This document shows positions 61,419 through 64,000 of a stretch of 64,000 nucleotides of DNA, in pieces. Made by a program: the position numbers and the translations under genes. The notes under the pieces are model-generated. The model was not told the DNA's origin. It made no database searches and saw nothing but the letters and a program-made list of their open reading frames with translations. Every line of letters begins with the position of its first letter. Positions within the stretch are counted from its first letter, which is position 1. This DNA is from Candidatus Oxydemutatoraceae bacterium (GTDB taxonomy: Bacteria; Pseudomonadota; Gammaproteobacteria; Poriferisulfidales; Oxydemutatoraceae): positions 1,536,001 through 1,600,000 of the forward strand of contig OZ244717.1 of NCBI GenBank assembly GCA_965218975.1, written 5' to 3'.

Positions 61419-63123
61419 ACAACTCTACCTGTTCTGGTTTTTGCTCAGTCTCAAGTTGGGGTAGATTCGCTACATTCAGGCTGTAGTCGTCATGACCCCA
61501 CTCATAGCGATTGAGAACCATCTTGGGAATTTTCTTCAGAGTTAAATTTTCAAAGCGGTTGACCTTGCAGCGGAATGCACTGCAACATACTAAAAGCGTT
61601 CTGTCTTTGCCCACTTCGTCAGACAATACCTGCAGCTGCTCTAACGAAAGATTTTGTGTTGTGACATAAATAAAATCACTCTCGGTAGAATATCCCTGCT
61701 GCCAGAACACTGAATCTGAAGGCTCATAGGTAAAACCCTGCAGCTTGCAAATAGCTTCCGCCAGCATTTCCGGGTTGTAGTCTTTATTCACTACCCAGCG
61801 GCCCCAGCGGTCCTGCGCCAGTAGTGAAGGTGCAACCTTGTAATATCGAAAACCACCACCACCCTGCCAGTTTACAGGTTTGGAAATACCGCCTTGATCT
61901 TCACCATCAATCACTTTTTGCAGACGGGGAATAATATGAGTATGACAGTGCTCGCCTAGTTCTACCATAATCCAGCGGCGGCCTACTTTCTGGGCTACTG
62001 CACCAGTGGTACCAGAACCTGCAAAGGAGTCAAGCACTATATCTCCTTTATTTGAAAAGTGCTTTAGTATTATTTCGATAAGCTTTTCCGGTTTTTTTCC
62101 GCTTCGAAACTCTACTCTGCCTTCAAGGCGACAATTCCCGAAACTACTTGCGAGGTCATGAAAATTTTCTATAGGGCTCGTTTGGGTTGTAACTCTTTCT
62201 TCTAGCTGTTTAACAGGTACGCCCTGATAATATTTTCCTTTAGTTGCTCCTTCTCGCTTAGGGCCAGTGAAATATCTATAGTCAAATTTGTCATCTCCTA
62301 TTCCATATACTTTGTACAGAACACCTAGACCGTCCTTTTCGTATCTACCACTAAGATAATCTCTAAAAAAACGACCTGATGAATTACCATCTAGAATAGA
62401 GCCAGTAGCCCATATTTCTTTAAGGCCATCCTTAGAGCCTTCCATTTTTTCAATCGAATAAGTTCCTTTATTGAAGACAACAACGGTTTTTCCACCAAAC
62501 TTCAATTCCTTGCCGTCTTTTTTTTCTTTTACATAAAAACAAAACTTTTCAAAACTCTTTTTTTTCACATTCAAGTTTGGTTGACTTCCCCATGCTTTTC
62601 GATATATATGAACTTGTTCGATTTGTTTGTGAAAACTCATATCCTGTTTTAACGTTTTGTCTGCATACCTGACTCGAACATACATCGTACTTAAGTAATT
62701 TTCCCTCCCGAAAATCTCATCCATTAGAACTTTAAGGTAATGCCCTTCCGAATCGTCTATGTGACAGCAAATAAACCCGTCAATACTAAGCAAGGATCGA
62801 AGTGTTGCTAATCGGTCTCTCATTAGAGACAACCATGTTGAATGCTCTAAACCATCATCGTAATACTCAAAAGCATTTCCAGTGTTATATGGGGGATCAA
62901 TATAAATGCACTTTACCTTGCCAGCAAATTCCTGCTCTAGTGCCTTTAACGCTAACAAGTTGTCACCAAAAATCAGTTTGTTATCGAAAATGTCGTTATC
63001 GGTTACCCGATACTTGGCATGGTATGACTTATCTGGTTCTTCCAGCAAAATACGCGGCTCCAGCTTAGGGCGTTTGTCTTTGCCAATCCATGTGAGTTCA
63101 AGTTTGGTTTTTTGTTTAGTCAT
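61399..63123 (-). CDS. Type III N6-adenine methyltransferase Mod subunit
   Basis: [52 protein letters not shown]. Confidence 0.93.
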   Translation of the reverse strand: MTKQKTKLELTWIGKDKRPKLEPRILLEEPDKSYHAKYRVTDNDIFDNKLIFGDNLLALKALEQEFAGKVKCIYIDPPYNTGNAFEYYDDGLEHSTWLSLMRDRLATLRSLLSIDGFICCHIDDSEGHYLKVLMDEIFGRENYLSTMYVRVRYADKTLKQDMSFHKQIEQVHIYRKAWGSQPNLNVKKKSFEKFCFYVKEKKDGKELKFGGKTVVVFNKGTYSIEKMEGSKDGLKEIWATGSILDGNSSGRFFRDYLSGRYEKDGLGVLYKVYGIGDDKFDYRYFTGPKREGATKGKYYQGVPVKQLEERVTTQTSPIENFHDLASSFGNCRLEGRVEFRSGKKPEKLIEIILKHFSNKGDIVLDSFAGSGTTGAVAQKVGRRWIMVELGEHCHTHIIPRLQKVIDGEDQGGISKPVNWQGGGGFRYYKVAPSLLAQDRWGRWVVNKDYNPEMLAEAICKLQGFTYEPSDSVFWQQGYSTESDFIYVTTQNLSLEQLQVLSDEVGKDRTLLVCCSAFRCKVNRFENLTLKKIPKMVLNRYEWGHDDYSLNVANLPQLETEQKPEQVELFDEKSR

Positions 63124-63143
63124 ATAAGCTTAAATACTTTGAA

Positions 63144-64000
63144 TTACTTGGGTTGATGCATGGGGTGCATTTGTGTTTTCTTGCAACTGCATTCCCAGTA
63201 GCTACCCGATTTTTCGCTAGTGGGCAGACTACCGCAGTGTTGGCAAATCAGAGTATCTGCAAGTTCAAGTGCTAGATCAGCCATTTCTCGAACATTCTGG
63301 TCAGCCAGTTCTCCCGCCCGTTGATTAAAATGACAACCTACCAAATTGCGCACATTTATAGCCTCACTGAGCTTGTTGTAAATTGGAGCCAGTTCAATTT
63401 CTGAAACTCCATTCTCATTTCTTACTATTTTGAGCACTTTTTTTAATGCCTTATTAGGTGCACAGGCCAATTCATCAAGAGTAAAACGTGGCTCAATTAA
63501 GTGTGGAACCTTGCAACGGTAAGTGCGGCTGATAAACTCAAGCAGGCTTTCGAATAGGTGTCCCGTTTTAGATGCAATGACATCTCGATGAAAGTCATCT
63601 TCGTTCAGTTGCTGTCGCAGTTCTTGGGCATAACCGTGTGTTTTCCCTGTTCTGATGCCCTGATCAAAATTCCATGGTTTTAATTCTAATAATTGAACAG
63701 GAGTTGATGGACTTCGTGCAAAGCGGAATTGATCCCGTAATGGCCGGTAATGTGTAGTGATAAACAGCTGGGAAAAACTACCCGCTTCTGCAAGCAGCAT
63801 ATCCAATGTGCGTTTCAGGTGTTGCTGGTCGACGGAGCCCAAAACATCATCTAATACCACAACTGTTCGGACCGCGTTGTTTCGCTTAGCCAGCGCTAAA
63901 AAGATACATAGCCCGAGTGAGTCGAGATGGGATTCACTGTAATAGGGCTGAGGCTGAATATCCTGCAACTCGCCAAACGCGACGCCATAGATTAACGAAC
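63144..64000 (-). CDS. C-terminal part of an SMC/Rad50-like ABC ATPase with putative HEPN motif and Zn ribbon (5' end outside window)
   Basis: Frame is open to the window edge; YSESH signature, VVLDDVLGSVD Walker B/D-loop, ITTH H-loop, RNLVGCH (Rx5H), CQHC...CSC. Confidence 0.7.
   Translation of the reverse strand, partial: SLIYGVAFGELQDIQPQPYYSESHLDSLGLCIFLALAKRNNAVRTVVVLDDVLGSVDQQHLKRTLDMLLAEAGSFSQLFITTHYRPLRDQFRFARSPSTPVQLLELKPWNFDQGIRTGKTHGYAQELRQQLNEDDFHRDVIASKTGHLFESLLEFISRTYRCKVPHLIEPRFTLDELACAPNKALKKVLKIVRNENGVSEIELAPIYNKLSEAINVRNLVGCHFNQRAGELADQNVREMADLALELADTLICQHCGSLPTSEKSGSYWECSCKKTQMHPMHQPK

Larger units (their letters stand above)
55826..64000. mobile_element. Decayed P4-type integrative island at ssrA (right end outside window)
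   Basis: Integrase directly after the tmRNA 3' end, arm-type repeats, alpA and defence cargo. Confidence 0.8.

Overview
Gammaproteobacterial chromosome segment; the FccAB-type sulfide dehydrogenase suggests a sulfur oxidiser. A housekeeping backbone (msbA-comEC // lolD-lolE, ccmA-I, napC-like + fccAB, mfd, gltX, pgpA-thiL-nusB-rib-nrdR-glyA, msrPQ, asmA, purL, tmRNA) carries two accessory regions. (1) A ~17 kb integrase-free defence island between comEC and lolD holds a beta-barrel surface protein, a phage-like unknown, a broken HNH gene, a patatin/CD-NTase/E2-SEC-C CBASS operon, a membrane protein + ThsB-like TIR pair, and an ATPase-TOPRIM gene heading a type III R-M operon. Decayed IS481-family pieces separate these modules, and two of them carry a ~103-bp multi-hairpin repeat. 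(2) A decayed P4-type element at the tmRNA 3' end holds an integrase pseudogene, alpA, a second type III R-M operon and an ABC-ATPase with a putative HEPN motif that runs off the window. The most unusual signal is a ~535-nt densely base-paired non-coding region (57574-58108) directly upstream of a broken recombinase-like gene; its 5' end can pair with that gene's ribosome-binding site. All family calls come from reading motifs; no database searches were run.
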